Below are positions 20,049 through 29,526 of a DNA stretch of 64,000 nucleotides, piece after piece. Source of the stretch: Gemmatimonadales bacterium (GTDB taxonomy: Bacteria > Gemmatimonadota > Gemmatimonadetes > Gemmatimonadales > GWC2-71-9). Location: contig JBFJCP010000002.1 in the NCBI GenBank assembly GCA_041615815.1, forward strand, positions 32,001 through 96,000, given 5' to 3'. The number at the start of each line of letters is the position of its first letter. The stretch's first letter is position 1. The notes under the pieces were generated by a model, which had not been told where the DNA came from, searched no databases, and saw only the letters and a program-made list of their open reading frames with translations. A program made the position numbers and the translations under genes.

Positions 20049-21434
20049 GTGACCGAGATCGTCATCGTGGACTCGGGTGTCGCCAACCTGGCCTCCGTGA
20101 CCAGTGCGTTCCGTCGGCTCGGCTACGGTGCGCGGATCAGCACGTCGCCAGAAGAGATTCACACGGCCCCATGGGTCGTGCTTCCCGGCGTGGGGGCGTT
20201 CGGCGCCGGCATGCGGGCGCTCCGGGCGCATGGCCTCGACGTGGCGCTGCGCGAACGAGTGCGCGAGGATCGCCCGTTCCTGGCAGTCTGTCTCGGACTT
20301 CAGCTGCTCACCGACGCAAGCGACGAGGACCCGGGTATCGCCGGTCTCGGCATCGTTCCGGGTACCTGCCGCCGACTGCCGCCAAGCGTCCGGGTGCCGC
20401 ACCTGGGTTGGAACCGGGTGGAACCCGATGGGCGTTGTCGCTTGGTTGCGAGCGGTGACGCCGCGTTCGCCAATTCGTATTGCCTCGAGCAGCCGCCGCG
20501 CGGATGGCATCACGCCAGCTCTACGCACGGGATCTCCTTCGTCGCCGCACTGGAGCGCGGCGCGGTTCTCGCCTGCCAGTTTCATCCCGAGCTCTCGGGA
20601 ACTTGGGGACTTGCGTTGCTCGAGCGGTGGGTGCGCGGGACGACGCTGCAAGCGTCAGGCCCACCGGTGAATGGTAACCGGGGGCTCATTCGCCGGCTCA
20701 TCCCGTGCCTCGACGTGCGGGACGGACGCGTCGTGAAGGGCGTGCAGTTTCAGGAACTCCGCGATGCGGGGGACCCGGCCGAGCGAGCCGCCCTCTACGA
20801 ACGGCAGGGTGCTGATGAGATCGTGATGCTGGACGTTGCCGCATCCCCGCACGCGCGAGACACCCAGACCGAGACCGTGCGCCGCGTGCGTGCGGCCATC
20901 ACCATCCCCCTGACCGTCGGGGGCGGGGTTCGGTCCGTCGACGATGCACGCCGTCTGTTGGAGGCCGGGGCCGACAAGGTGAGCGTCAACACCGCCGCCG
21001 TGCGCCGCCCGGCGTTGTTGGGTGAGATGGCTGCGGCGTTCGGGAGTCAGTGTACGGTGCTCGCCATCGACGCGCGGCAACGTGGCGACCGTTGGGGGGT
21101 GGTGGTCATGGGCGGGCGGGACGCCACCGAATTCGACGCCGTGCAGTGGGCCCGCCAGGGGGTGTCCGAAGGTGCGGGCGAGATTCTCCTCACGAGCTGG
21201 GATCGCGACGGGACGCGGAAGGGGTGCGATCTCGCGCTCATCAGCGCGGCAGCTCGGGCGGTGTCCGTCCCCATCATCGCCTCCGGTGGTATCGGATCCC
21301 ACGACGACGCGGCCGCAGCCATCGAGGCGGGTGCCGAGGCCGTTCTCGCGGCATCCATCTTCCACGACGACGACGCCTCCGTGATGGATGTGAAAGCGTC
21401 CCTCGCCGCGCGGGGCGTTCGAGTGCGCCGATGA
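20049..21434 (+). CDS. hisHF: Fused imidazole glycerol phosphate synthase HisH-HisF
   Basis: N-half LPGVGAF, AVCLGLQLL, VPHLGWN, QFHPE; C-half RLIPCLDVRDGRVVKGV, GGGVRS, GEILLTSWDRDGT, IIASGG; one ORF. Confidence 0.92.
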   Translation: MTEIVIVDSGVANLASVTSAFRRLGYGARISTSPEEIHTAPWVVLPGVGAFGAGMRALRAHGLDVALRERVREDRPFLAVCLGLQLLTDASDEDPGIAGLGIVPGTCRRLPPSVRVPHLGWNRVEPDGRCRLVASGDAAFANSYCLEQPPRGWHHASSTHGISFVAALERGAVLACQFHPELSGTWGLALLERWVRGTTLQASGPPVNGNRGLIRRLIPCLDVRDGRVVKGVQFQELRDAGDPAERAALYERQGADEIVMLDVAASPHARDTQTETVRRVRAAITIPLTVGGGVRSVDDARRLLEAGADKVSVNTAAVRRPALLGEMAAAFGSQCTVLAIDARQRGDRWGVVVMGGRDATEFDAVQWARQGVSEGAGEILLTSWDRDGTRKGCDLALISAAARAVSVPIIASGGIGSHDDAAAAIEAGAEAVLAASIFHDDDASVMDVKASLAARGVRVRR

Positions 21435-22699
21435 TCGTCCCGAGCATCGATCTCATGAACGGTCGCGCCGTGCAGCTTCGCCGGGGCCGCCACCATGCGC
21501 TCGACGGTGGTGATCCACTTGCGCGCCTCGAGGAGTTTTCGGTGGCTGGGGAAGTCGCGGTGGTCGATCTGGATGCCGCCCTGGGCCGCGGATCCAACAA
21601 GCCACTGATCCGTCAGATGGTGCGGCGCGCCCCGTGTCGGGTCGGTGGCGGTATTCGCTCGTTGGATGCCGCCGTCGATTGGTTGGACGCTGGCGCGATG
21701 AGAGTGATGCTGGGCACGGCCGCATCGCCCGAACTCTGCGGTGCCCTTCCCAGAGACAGGGTCATCGCCGCCGTGGACGCGGATCGTCGCGAGGTGGTGG
21801 TGGACGGCTGGCGATCACGAACCGGCCGGGAGGTGATCGACGTGGTCCGCGAGCTCGCGCCGTTCGTGGGCGGGTTCCTCCTGACGCAGGTCGAGCGCGA
21901 GGGGATGCTGGGAGGATTCGATATGGTGCTCGTGGAGGAAACCGTTGAACACGCTGGCGACGCACGCGTCACAGCCGCGGGTGGGATCGTCACGGCAGAG
22001 CATGTGGCTGCACTGGATGCGCTGGGTGCCGATGCACAAGTCGGCATGGCCCTCTACACCGCACGCCTGGCATTGGGCGATGCCATCGGCGCGCCACTCC
22101 CGGCGGGCGAGCTGTGGCCCACGGTCGTCTGCGACGAAGGCGGCTTGGCGCTGGGCCTCGCCTGGAGTACCCATGAGTCCCTGACCCTGGCGGTGGCTGA
22201 GCGTCGGGGAATCTACTGGTCTCGTTCCCGGAATGCCCTTTGGGTCAAAGGCGAGACGTCGGGCAACCGGCAGGTACTCCTCCGGGTGGATGTCGACTGC
22301 GATCGTGACGCCTTGCGGTTCACCGTGCGGCAAGAGGGCACCGGATTCTGTCACCGTGGCACACCGAGCTGTTGGGGAGACGACTTTTCCGTGGCGGCGC
22401 TCGCCGGTTTGCTCGCGGTGCGAGGTCAATCCCGCGACACCCGGTCTGGTACTGCCAAGCTGTTTGCCGATCCTGCGCTGCTGTCCGCGAAGCTTCGGGA
22501 AGAGGCTGCCGAGCTCGCCGGCGCCGCGACCGACGCGGACACGGTGCACGAGGCTGCAGACGTCCTGTATTTCGTTCTTGCGGCGCTCGCTCGCCGAGGC
22601 CTGTCGTTTCACGACGTCGAAGCGGAACTCGCTCGACGAAATCGGACCGTTTCCCGTCGCCCCATGGCGCCCAAGCCAGGAACCGGGGAGTCACCGTGA
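21431..22699 (+). CDS. hisA/hisIE: Fused HisA-HisI-HisE
   Basis: IVPSIDLMNGRAVQL, VGGGIR; YWSRSRNALWVKGETSGN, DCDRDAL, CHRGTPSCW; KLREEAAEL, EAADVLY. Confidence 0.9.
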   Translation: MIVPSIDLMNGRAVQLRRGRHHALDGGDPLARLEEFSVAGEVAVVDLDAALGRGSNKPLIRQMVRRAPCRVGGGIRSLDAAVDWLDAGAMRVMLGTAASPELCGALPRDRVIAAVDADRREVVVDGWRSRTGREVIDVVRELAPFVGGFLLTQVEREGMLGGFDMVLVEETVEHAGDARVTAAGGIVTAEHVAALDALGADAQVGMALYTARLALGDAIGAPLPAGELWPTVVCDEGGLALGLAWSTHESLTLAVAERRGIYWSRSRNALWVKGETSGNRQVLLRVDVDCDRDALRFTVRQEGTGFCHRGTPSCWGDDFSVAALAGLLAVRGQSRDTRSGTAKLFADPALLSAKLREEAAELAGAATDADTVHEAADVLYFVLAALARRGLSFHDVEAELARRNRTVSRRPMAPKPGTGESP

Positions 22700-23979
22700 C
22701 GAGGGTGTGGCTCGCTGCACGGTCCGTGGACGAGATACTCCAGCACCGGGTCGACGCCGTGAGTAGCGAGGCCTTGGGGACCGCGGAACCCATCGTTCGA
22801 GATGTGCGGAGCCGAGGCGACGTCGCGCTGCGCGAGTACGCGGAGCGATTTGGCGAGGTCGGCCCAGATGATCCGCTCTTCATTGTGGGGCCCGGTCTGG
22901 CCCGAGCGCTCGACGCTCTCTCACCCGACGATCGCCGACTCCTCGGCGCGACGGCGGAGCGCATTCGCGCGTTTGCCGACGCGCAACGCGGCGCCCTGAC
23001 CAACATCACGGTACCCGTCGAGGGCGGGCACGCCGGTCATACCGCACAGCCCGTGGAGCGGGCCGGTTGTTACGCCCCAGGGGGCCGGTATCCCCTTCCC
23101 TCCTCGGTCCTCATGACGGCACTCACTGCGAAGGCCGCGGGTGTTGCCAGCGTGTGGGTCGCAAGCCCGCAGCCGACGCCCGTCACGCTGGCGGCGGCGG
23201 CCATGGCAGGGGTGGAGGGCGTGATCGCAGCCGGTGGGGCACACGCGGTGGCGGCGCTCGCGTATGGCGCCGGCCCCGTACCACCGAGCGACGTCATCGT
23301 TGGACCGGGCAACCGATACGTGACGGCGGCCAAGTATCTCGTTTCCCGCTCGGTTCGCATCGACCAGTTCGCGGGGCCCTCCGAACTCCTCGTGCTCGCC
23401 GACGACACGGCGAATCCCGCGCTCGTCGCCGCGGATCTCCTGGCCCAGGCGGAACACGACCCCGACGCACTTCCGGTGCTCGTGACGACTTCGCCTTCGC
23501 TCGTGGAGAGGGTGCGTCACGAGATCGACCAACAGCTCGCCGAGCTCCCGACGGCGGACGTGGCCCGCGCCGCCCTTCGGAATGGCGGCGTGGTCCTCGT
23601 GGCATCGCAGACCGAAGCCGTCGCGGCGTGCGATAGGATCGCGCCGGAGCACCTGGAGGTGATGACTCGCAACGCCAAAGACACGGCCGGCAAGCTCCAG
23701 CACTACGGGGCATTGTTCATCGGAGAGGGCGCCGCCGAGGTGCTCGGTGACTACGGCGTCGGGCCCAACCACGTGCTGCCCACCGGGGGGTCCGCCCGCG
23801 CTACCGGTGGATTGTCCGTCCTGACGTTCCTCCGGGTCCGAACATGGCTCGAGATCGACGACCTCGAGAACGCACGACCCGCTGCCGAACGTGCCATGTG
23901 GCTTGGACGGCTCGAGGGCCTCGAGGCCCACGCGCGGTCCGCGGAACGGAGGCTGAGTCACCGGCGCGTGACTGGATAA
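22696..23979 (+). CDS. hisD: Histidinol dehydrogenase
   Basis: YAPGGRYPLPSSVLM, IVGPGNRYV, AGPSE, AQAEHD, APEHL, GPNHVLPTGG. Confidence 0.95.
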   Translation: MTRVWLAARSVDEILQHRVDAVSSEALGTAEPIVRDVRSRGDVALREYAERFGEVGPDDPLFIVGPGLARALDALSPDDRRLLGATAERIRAFADAQRGALTNITVPVEGGHAGHTAQPVERAGCYAPGGRYPLPSSVLMTALTAKAAGVASVWVASPQPTPVTLAAAAMAGVEGVIAAGGAHAVAALAYGAGPVPPSDVIVGPGNRYVTAAKYLVSRSVRIDQFAGPSELLVLADDTANPALVAADLLAQAEHDPDALPVLVTTSPSLVERVRHEIDQQLAELPTADVARAALRNGGVVLVASQTEAVAACDRIAPEHLEVMTRNAKDTAGKLQHYGALFIGEGAAEVLGDYGVGPNHVLPTGGSARATGGLSVLTFLRVRTWLEIDDLENARPAAERAMWLGRLEGLEAHARSAERRLSHRRVTG

Positions 23980-24030
23980 CGAGAGGCCAACTTCCCGAGA
24001 ACCAGCCGGCCCCTGCATTTTCGAGAGTCT

Positions 24031-24882
24031 ATGCGTTACCGCGAGTATCGAGCTGGATCCCGGTTGGGACCGTATGTGACCTGTCTCTGGACCCTGGACG
24101 GGCCCCCAGGGGAAGGGGCACCGGAACCGGTGTTCCCCGATGGCAACATGGAGCTGGTGTTCAACTTCGGTGAGCCGTTCAGACACCATGCGCGCAGCCA
24201 TGCCGTCTCACAACCCGCGAGTTTGGTGGTGGGTCAGATCACCGGCCCCATGCACATAGCACCGACCGGGCGGATCGACATCCTCGGCATCCGCTTTCGT
24301 CCGGGCGAAGCTCACCGCTTCATTCCCATACCGCAGGATGATCTCAGCGACCGGTGGTTCGCGCTCGCCGAGTTGGACACGCGGCTACCGCCGCATCTGC
24401 ACGAGCGTTTGGGTGATCAGCCCGCGGGGCCGGCGCGGATCCGGATGGCGTGCCGGGCGCTCGAAGCGGCACTCGGCGCCCAAAGCAAGGACCTGGCCGT
24501 TCGCCATGCGTGCCAACACATTCGTCGGCACGAGGGTCGAATCTCGGTGAGCCATCTCGCACGCGAGGCTTGCCTCACGCCCCGCCAACTGGAACGCCGT
24601 TTTGCACGAGAAGTCGGCCTATCACCCAAAATGCTATGCCGCATCACGCGCTTTCAGTCCCTGCTTCGTGCGGTGGAATGCGATACGGAACACCGGTGGA
24701 GTGCTGTGGCGCATCGATTCGGCTACTACGATCAAGCCCATATGATCAGAGACTTCCGGGCCTTCACAGGACAAACGCCAGGAGCATACCTCCGCTCGAC
24801 CCCGGCCCTCGGCGAGCTATTCGTCGAGGGCTCACCGGAGGTGTCGGATTTTTCCAAGACCGACGCACGGTCTGCGCATTAG
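24031..24882 (+). CDS. AraC family transcriptional regulator
   Basis: VFPDGNMELVF; RQLERRFAREVGLSPK...GYYDQAHMIRDF. Confidence 0.9.
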   Translation: MRYREYRAGSRLGPYVTCLWTLDGPPGEGAPEPVFPDGNMELVFNFGEPFRHHARSHAVSQPASLVVGQITGPMHIAPTGRIDILGIRFRPGEAHRFIPIPQDDLSDRWFALAELDTRLPPHLHERLGDQPAGPARIRMACRALEAALGAQSKDLAVRHACQHIRRHEGRISVSHLAREACLTPRQLERRFAREVGLSPKMLCRITRFQSLLRAVECDTEHRWSAVAHRFGYYDQAHMIRDFRAFTGQTPGAYLRSTPALGELFVEGSPEVSDFSKTDARSAH

Positions 24883-24913
24883 CGTACGGAACCTGCCACC
24901 GAGGAGTCACAAC

Positions 24914-25408
24914 GTGTGGATTCGATTAGGGGTGATCATCATTCCGCTGTTCCTCATTGCGGGAGGTTCGCATGCCATCGGCTTCGCAGATGCAGCCGGA
25001 GGGCTGGCGGAACTCAGCTTCATGACGGGATGTTGGCAAGGCTCGTTCCAGTCCCGCAGCGGAACCGGCATCATCGAGGAGCACTACACGACTCCCTCCA
25101 GCAACGTCATGCTAGGCACCACTCGCTACTTGATGGGCGAGCGGACCGTGCAATTCGAACTCACGGTGATCCGCGAAGACTCGAGCGGCGTGTGGCTCAC
25201 CCCGTATCCGGGTGGGCGGCGCTCGGAGCACGATTTTCGACTCACGCACGTGGAAGACGGACAAGCGCTATTCGAAGCTCCGGAGCACGACTATCCAACA
25301 CGGATCTGGTACACCCGGGACGGGGAGAGCGGCCTGAGCGCACGAATCGACGGTGGGGAGGGCGATGCGGGGCGGGGCTGGCGCCTTTTGCGCACCGATT
25401 GCTTCTAG
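24914..25408 (+). CDS. Exported DUF6265-like protein
   Basis: Signal peptide; LSFMTGCW, EEHY, FEAPEHDYPTRIWY. Confidence 0.7.
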   Translation: MWIRLGVIIIPLFLIAGGSHAIGFADAAGGLAELSFMTGCWQGSFQSRSGTGIIEEHYTTPSSNVMLGTTRYLMGERTVQFELTVIREDSSGVWLTPYPGGRRSEHDFRLTHVEDGQALFEAPEHDYPTRIWYTRDGESGLSARIDGGEGDAGRGWRLLRTDCF

Positions 25409-26910
25409 ATGGACTTCACGGCTTCTTCCACGTCGACACCTCGCTCCTTATGAGGGGCCGTTTTTCCGATCGTGGCCGCGATACCGTTTAGCATCCCGGA
25501 AAACACAAAGCTGTGGATGGGATAGAGCGCATACCAATAGAGGAGTCCTGCGAGTCCCACGGGATCGAAGATCGCAGTCTGCGAAATGGTAGCTCCGCCA
25601 TCCCGTGGTTCCAGTTCGAATTGCAGCCACGCACGGCCTGGGAGTTTCATCTCGGTCCGAAGACGGAGTAGACGACCAGGTTCGACCGCTTCCACACGCC
25701 AGAAGTCCACGGTGTCACCTGGTAAGACCCGGTGGGGGTCGCGACGACCTCTTCGCATTCCGGGTCCTCCCACGAGTAGATCGAGGAACCCGCGAAGCCT
25801 CCAAAGCCAATTGCCGTAGTACCACCCCACCTGACCACCGATGCGCTGGATCGGAAGGAACGATTGTTTCGGATCCTGCGGCACTTGGACCGTGCGGTGA
25901 TCGACGATCCGGCGTCCAAAGCGTACACCGCCCCAACTCCGGGCGCTCCGACGAGACGAAAGGGCGTCCGACCAGCGGGTTTCGGCGAACTCTCGGTCTT
26001 CGTTCTTCAGGGCTCGCGCGATCGACTCCGGCACGGAACGCGGCTGCACGGCAAACACGTCTCGGGCACTCCTGTCCGTCACTACCGTGTCGTTGCGCAC
26101 ACTGTCAATGAGAGCGCGGCCCACCCTGGCATACACGGGGGTGACCAGGCCGAGCCAAAGGCTCGAGAGCCTGGGGGAAAGCACTGGAACGGGAATCATC
26201 AGTCGCTTGAGCCCGCGCTGCTGAGCGTACTCTCGCATGAGATCGAGGTACGACACCGGCTTGGGTCCGCCAATCTCGAACACCCCGCTGACCTCGGGTT
26301 GCGCTTTGAGCGCTTGAAGCAGGTACGCGACGACGTCTTCGATTCCGATGGGTTGTGCGAGCTTTCGGACCCAACGCGGCGTGATCATCACCGGAAGCTT
26401 CTCCACGAGCGCACGAATCATCTCGAACGACAGGCTCCCGGAGCCGATGATGATCGAAGCCCGCAGTTCGATCGTCGGTACTCCGGATGCTGCGAGAATG
26501 CGCCCCACCTCCTGCCGGCTCGCCAGGTGAGGGGAAAGTTCTTGCCCACGTCCCAAACCACCCAAATAGATGATCCGTTGCACCTCGGCTGTTCGCGCGG
26601 CGGCCGCAAACGCGGCTGCTCCACGGCGATCCAACTCGGCAAACTCCTTCCGATCTCCCATGGAGTGAACGAGATAATACGCGCTATGGACCCCTTTCAG
26701 GGCCGCGCGGAGTGAAGCTCCATCCAGCACATCGCCTTGGACGACTTCGGTCTGCGGTGCCACGCGAGGTCGCAGATAGTCTGGCCGGCGCGCCAGGCAT
26801 CGGAGTGGAGAACCGGACGCCTCCAAGACTCGGAGAAGCCGTCCACCCACATAGCCGCTGGCGCCCGTCAACAGGACGAGCCGATCATGGATCTCAGAGC
26901 CGGGCATCAT
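25405..26910 (-). CDS. Atypical SDR (YbjT-like) with C-terminal DUF2867
   Basis: LTGASGYVGGRL, AYYLVHSM, HLASRQEVG, EMKLPGRAWLQF, GLLYWYALYPIH. Confidence 0.9.
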   Translation of the reverse strand: MMPGSEIHDRLVLLTGASGYVGGRLLRVLEASGSPLRCLARRPDYLRPRVAPQTEVVQGDVLDGASLRAALKGVHSAYYLVHSMGDRKEFAELDRRGAAAFAAAARTAEVQRIIYLGGLGRGQELSPHLASRQEVGRILAASGVPTIELRASIIIGSGSLSFEMIRALVEKLPVMITPRWVRKLAQPIGIEDVVAYLLQALKAQPEVSGVFEIGGPKPVSYLDLMREYAQQRGLKRLMIPVPVLSPRLSSLWLGLVTPVYARVGRALIDSVRNDTVVTDRSARDVFAVQPRSVPESIARALKNEDREFAETRWSDALSSRRSARSWGGVRFGRRIVDHRTVQVPQDPKQSFLPIQRIGGQVGWYYGNWLWRLRGFLDLLVGGPGMRRGRRDPHRVLPGDTVDFWRVEAVEPGRLLRLRTEMKLPGRAWLQFELEPRDGGATISQTAIFDPVGLAGLLYWYALYPIHSFVFSGMLNGIAATIGKTAPHKERGVDVEEAVKSI

Positions 26911-26917
26911 CGGGGGT

Positions 26918-27898
26918 TTAGGTCACCGAGTGGGCCGGCTGGATGGAGCGGAGCACGGAGCGGAAATCGGTGAGATCACGAGCCCAGACTACGCCCGGTC
27001 GCTCCAACGCCACGCCGAGCATCCCCGCCACCTGACCGCCAACGATGATCTGCACGTCATCGGGAAGTTGTTGTCGGAGCTGGAGCAGGTAGCGACCCCA
27101 GCGCGCTACATCGTTCGGGTTGATGAAGCTGAGCCCCACGGCGGCCGCGCCCACTTCCGTGGCCCCGGCCGAGACGTCCTCGGCGGGGAGATCCGAGCCA
27201 AGCAAGATGACTTGCCACCCCTCGGCCGCGGCGACCGAGGCAGCGAGCATCGCTCCAATCTCATGCCGCTCTCCAGTGGGCGTCCCGATGATTATCCGTG
27301 GCGCCGTTTCGGCCGGTTCCACCGCTTCGGTCAACCATCCGATGAGGTTCCGTAAGACCACGGTGGCCATGTGCTCGTGACGAGGCCGGAGGGTGCCCTC
27401 TTGCCATCGATCCCCAATCCGGCGAAGCAGAGGGACCAACAGTGATTCCGTCACGTGCGTTGCACCGAGTGCGACCGCCGCCCGCTTGACTACCGCATCC
27501 AAGCGACCCGCATCGAGGGACTCCACCGCGGCCATCGCCTCCTCGAGCGAAACATGATCCACCGGGCGGTGACGCAGGATCTTGCTGTTACTGCCGGACC
27601 CCACTCGCGACTCCAACTCCGCGCGAAGTGCGGCTTCGTCCTCCTGGACCAGCCCCTCCAGTTCGGTGCTGGTCAGGCGGGCGACCTGGCTGATCGAGCG
27701 GCCCGCCTGCGTGGCGCGGTTGAGCAGTGCCAGACGCTCGATGTCGGCGTCCGAGTACAACCGTTGCCCCCCGTTACTGCGGGATGGCTCGACGACACGG
27801 TAGCGCCGCTCCCAGGCCCGCAGGACCGAGGGGGAGAGGCCAGTGCGGAGAGCGACCACCCGTATAGGGTGTCGGCCGCGGGTGTCAACCTTGTTCAT
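26918..27898 (-). CDS. MerR-family cobalamin-binding photoreceptor/repressor (CarH/LitR-like)
   Basis: MerR HTH (LRAWERRY, QRLYS), W-x9-EH (WQEGTLRPRHEH), B12 motif ERHEIG. Confidence 0.88.
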   Translation of the reverse strand: MNKVDTRGRHPIRVVALRTGLSPSVLRAWERRYRVVEPSRSNGGQRLYSDADIERLALLNRATQAGRSISQVARLTSTELEGLVQEDEAALRAELESRVGSGSNSKILRHRPVDHVSLEEAMAAVESLDAGRLDAVVKRAAVALGATHVTESLLVPLLRRIGDRWQEGTLRPRHEHMATVVLRNLIGWLTEAVEPAETAPRIIIGTPTGERHEIGAMLAASVAAAEGWQVILLGSDLPAEDVSAGATEVGAAAVGLSFINPNDVARWGRYLLQLRQQLPDDVQIIVGGQVAGMLGVALERPGVVWARDLTDFRSVLRSIQPAHSVT

Positions 27899-27904
27899 AG
27901 CCTC

Positions 27905-27982
27905 AAAATCACCACTTGTCCATCAGTTGTCAACATAAACATTGTACGAACTATTGACATACCACATCTGTAGAGCTATATT
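27905..27982. promoter_or_regulatory. Divergent promoters with TnnACA repeats
   Basis: Plus strand TTGACA(27954)-N17-TATATT(27977); minus strand TTGACA(27933)-N17-GATTTT just before the carH-like ATG. Confidence 0.65.
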
Positions 27983-28031
27983 CCTGCACGATGAGTGAAC
28001 GGCAAGTCGTTCAGGCAGCGGATCTGAGCGG

Positions 28032-28397
28032 GTGACACGTCGAGCCTTGATCGTAGACGACAGCCCCCTGCTGACACGAGTGCTCGTCAGGACGCTCGAA
28101 GGGCAGAACTGCCTTGCACAAGCGGTTTCCAATGCGGAGGCCGCGCTGGAGGCCGCCCGCGATCAGAGGATCGACGTGGTCTTGATGGACGCCCGGATGC
28201 CGGGCCTGTCGGGCGAATCGCTGTACCGCGCACTCGTCGTAGCGCGCCCGGATCTATCAACGAAAGTCGTGGTGATGAGTGGCGACCCGGATGCATTGGA
28301 ATGGGCTAGCAGCCAGGGATTACCCGTGCTCCAAAAACCGTTCGAATTGGCCGAGCTTTTCACCACCATCAACAGGATTACATCGCAGTCGACGTAA
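28032..28397 (+). CDS. Single-domain response regulator
   Basis: LIVDD, DVVLMDARMP, VVMSG, LQKPF. Confidence 0.85.
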   Translation: MTRRALIVDDSPLLTRVLVRTLEGQNCLAQAVSNAEAALEAARDQRIDVVLMDARMPGLSGESLYRALVVARPDLSTKVVVMSGDPDALEWASSQGLPVLQKPFELAELFTTINRITSQST

Positions 28398-28471
28398 CGG
28401 GGGAATTCCCATAATCCAAGCTGGGCCCCCGTCAGCACCAACCACGCAACGCATCTCGAGGGAGGACTAAC

Positions 28472-28966
28472 ATGAAGTTTCGCAAGCTCGCTGCTCTCGT
28501 GGCCGTCATGGCCGTAGCAACCGTCAGCACGGCGCAAGCGCAGTACGAGAAGAAGGCATCAAAAAACATCGTCGAAGTGGCGGTGGAAGCGGGGTCGTTC
28601 AACACGCTCGCGCAGGCCCTCACGGCGGCCAACTTGGTCGAGACGCTGCAGGGGAAGGGTCCCTTCACCGTATTCGCGCCGACCGACGAGGCATTCGCAA
28701 AGCTTCCCAAGGGTACCCTGGAAGCCCTGTTGAAGGACAAGGATAAGCTCACGGCCATCCTCACCTACCACGTGGTAGCTGGAAACGTCACATCCGATCA
28801 GGTCGTGAAGTTGAACGAGGCAAAGACCGTGAATGGCAAGATGGTCATGATTCGCGTGAAGGACGGCGTGGTCATGGTCGACAACGCCAAGGTCACGAAG
28901 ACTGATATCAAGGCGTCAAACGGCGTGATTCACGTCATCGACACCGTGATTTTGCCGGGTTCCTAA
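28472..28966 (+). CDS. Fasciclin (FAS1) domain secreted protein
   Basis: [31 protein letters not shown]. Confidence 0.95.
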   Translation: MKFRKLAALVAVMAVATVSTAQAQYEKKASKNIVEVAVEAGSFNTLAQALTAANLVETLQGKGPFTVFAPTDEAFAKLPKGTLEALLKDKDKLTAILTYHVVAGNVTSDQVVKLNEAKTVNGKMVMIRVKDGVVMVDNAKVTKTDIKASNGVIHVIDTVILPGS

Positions 28967-28975
28967 CCTCGCGTA

Positions 28976-29020
28976 CGGGCGGCGGCCGAATTCGTTCCGG
29001 CTGCCGCCCGATCTTTCTTT
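28976..29020 (+). terminator. Intrinsic terminator
   Basis: CGGGCGGCGGCCG/CGGCTGCCGCCCG stem followed by ATCTTTCTTT. Confidence 0.7.
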
Positions 29021-29526
29021 CAGGCCACGGCGTGCCGCGAAGCCCACCACCTCCACACCATCCAAAGCCCGACGCACGCGAGCGCCATTCCCGCCTGCCA
29101 AAAAATCTCGTGGGCCGGGCCGAACCACACCGACCCGTGCGCCCCCAAGTACATCAGGTGGACGAGCCGCACCGCGTTGATGACCAAGAAGGCCAGCGGA
29201 CAGATCGCGAGCCCAATCCATCGATCCCGGCGTCCCGCTGGGTAGGCGGCGATGGCGGTACCAAGCAGCACGGTGCCGGGCAGCGCCGTGCATCCGCGAG
29301 AGATCTCGATCCCGAAGCCATTGGTGTGAAACACCGCGGTGGCATCACGCACGACGTCCATACCTCCCATCCGGAGCACTCCAACGGTCAGCTGCGCCGT
29401 GAGCGTCCGCACGTGGACGAGCACATCGCCTAATACGGCTTCTCGGAAGCCGACCCAGAGCGCGAGCGCGGCGAGCGCCACCGCCGCGACGAAACGCACG
29501 CGCCAACGCAATGGACCGCGGCCCAT
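29020..29526 (-). CDS. xrtH: Exosortase H-like sorting enzyme
   Basis: Membrane protein with Cys-Arg-His triad pattern FGIEISRGCTAL...INAVRL...AHEIFWQ; adjacent gene has an IPTL-CTERM-like tail. Confidence 0.72.
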   Translation of the reverse strand: MGRGPLRWRVRFVAAVALAALALWVGFREAVLGDVLVHVRTLTAQLTVGVLRMGGMDVVRDATAVFHTNGFGIEISRGCTALPGTVLLGTAIAAYPAGRRDRWIGLAICPLAFLVINAVRLVHLMYLGAHGSVWFGPAHEIFWQAGMALACVGLWMVWRWWASRHAVA

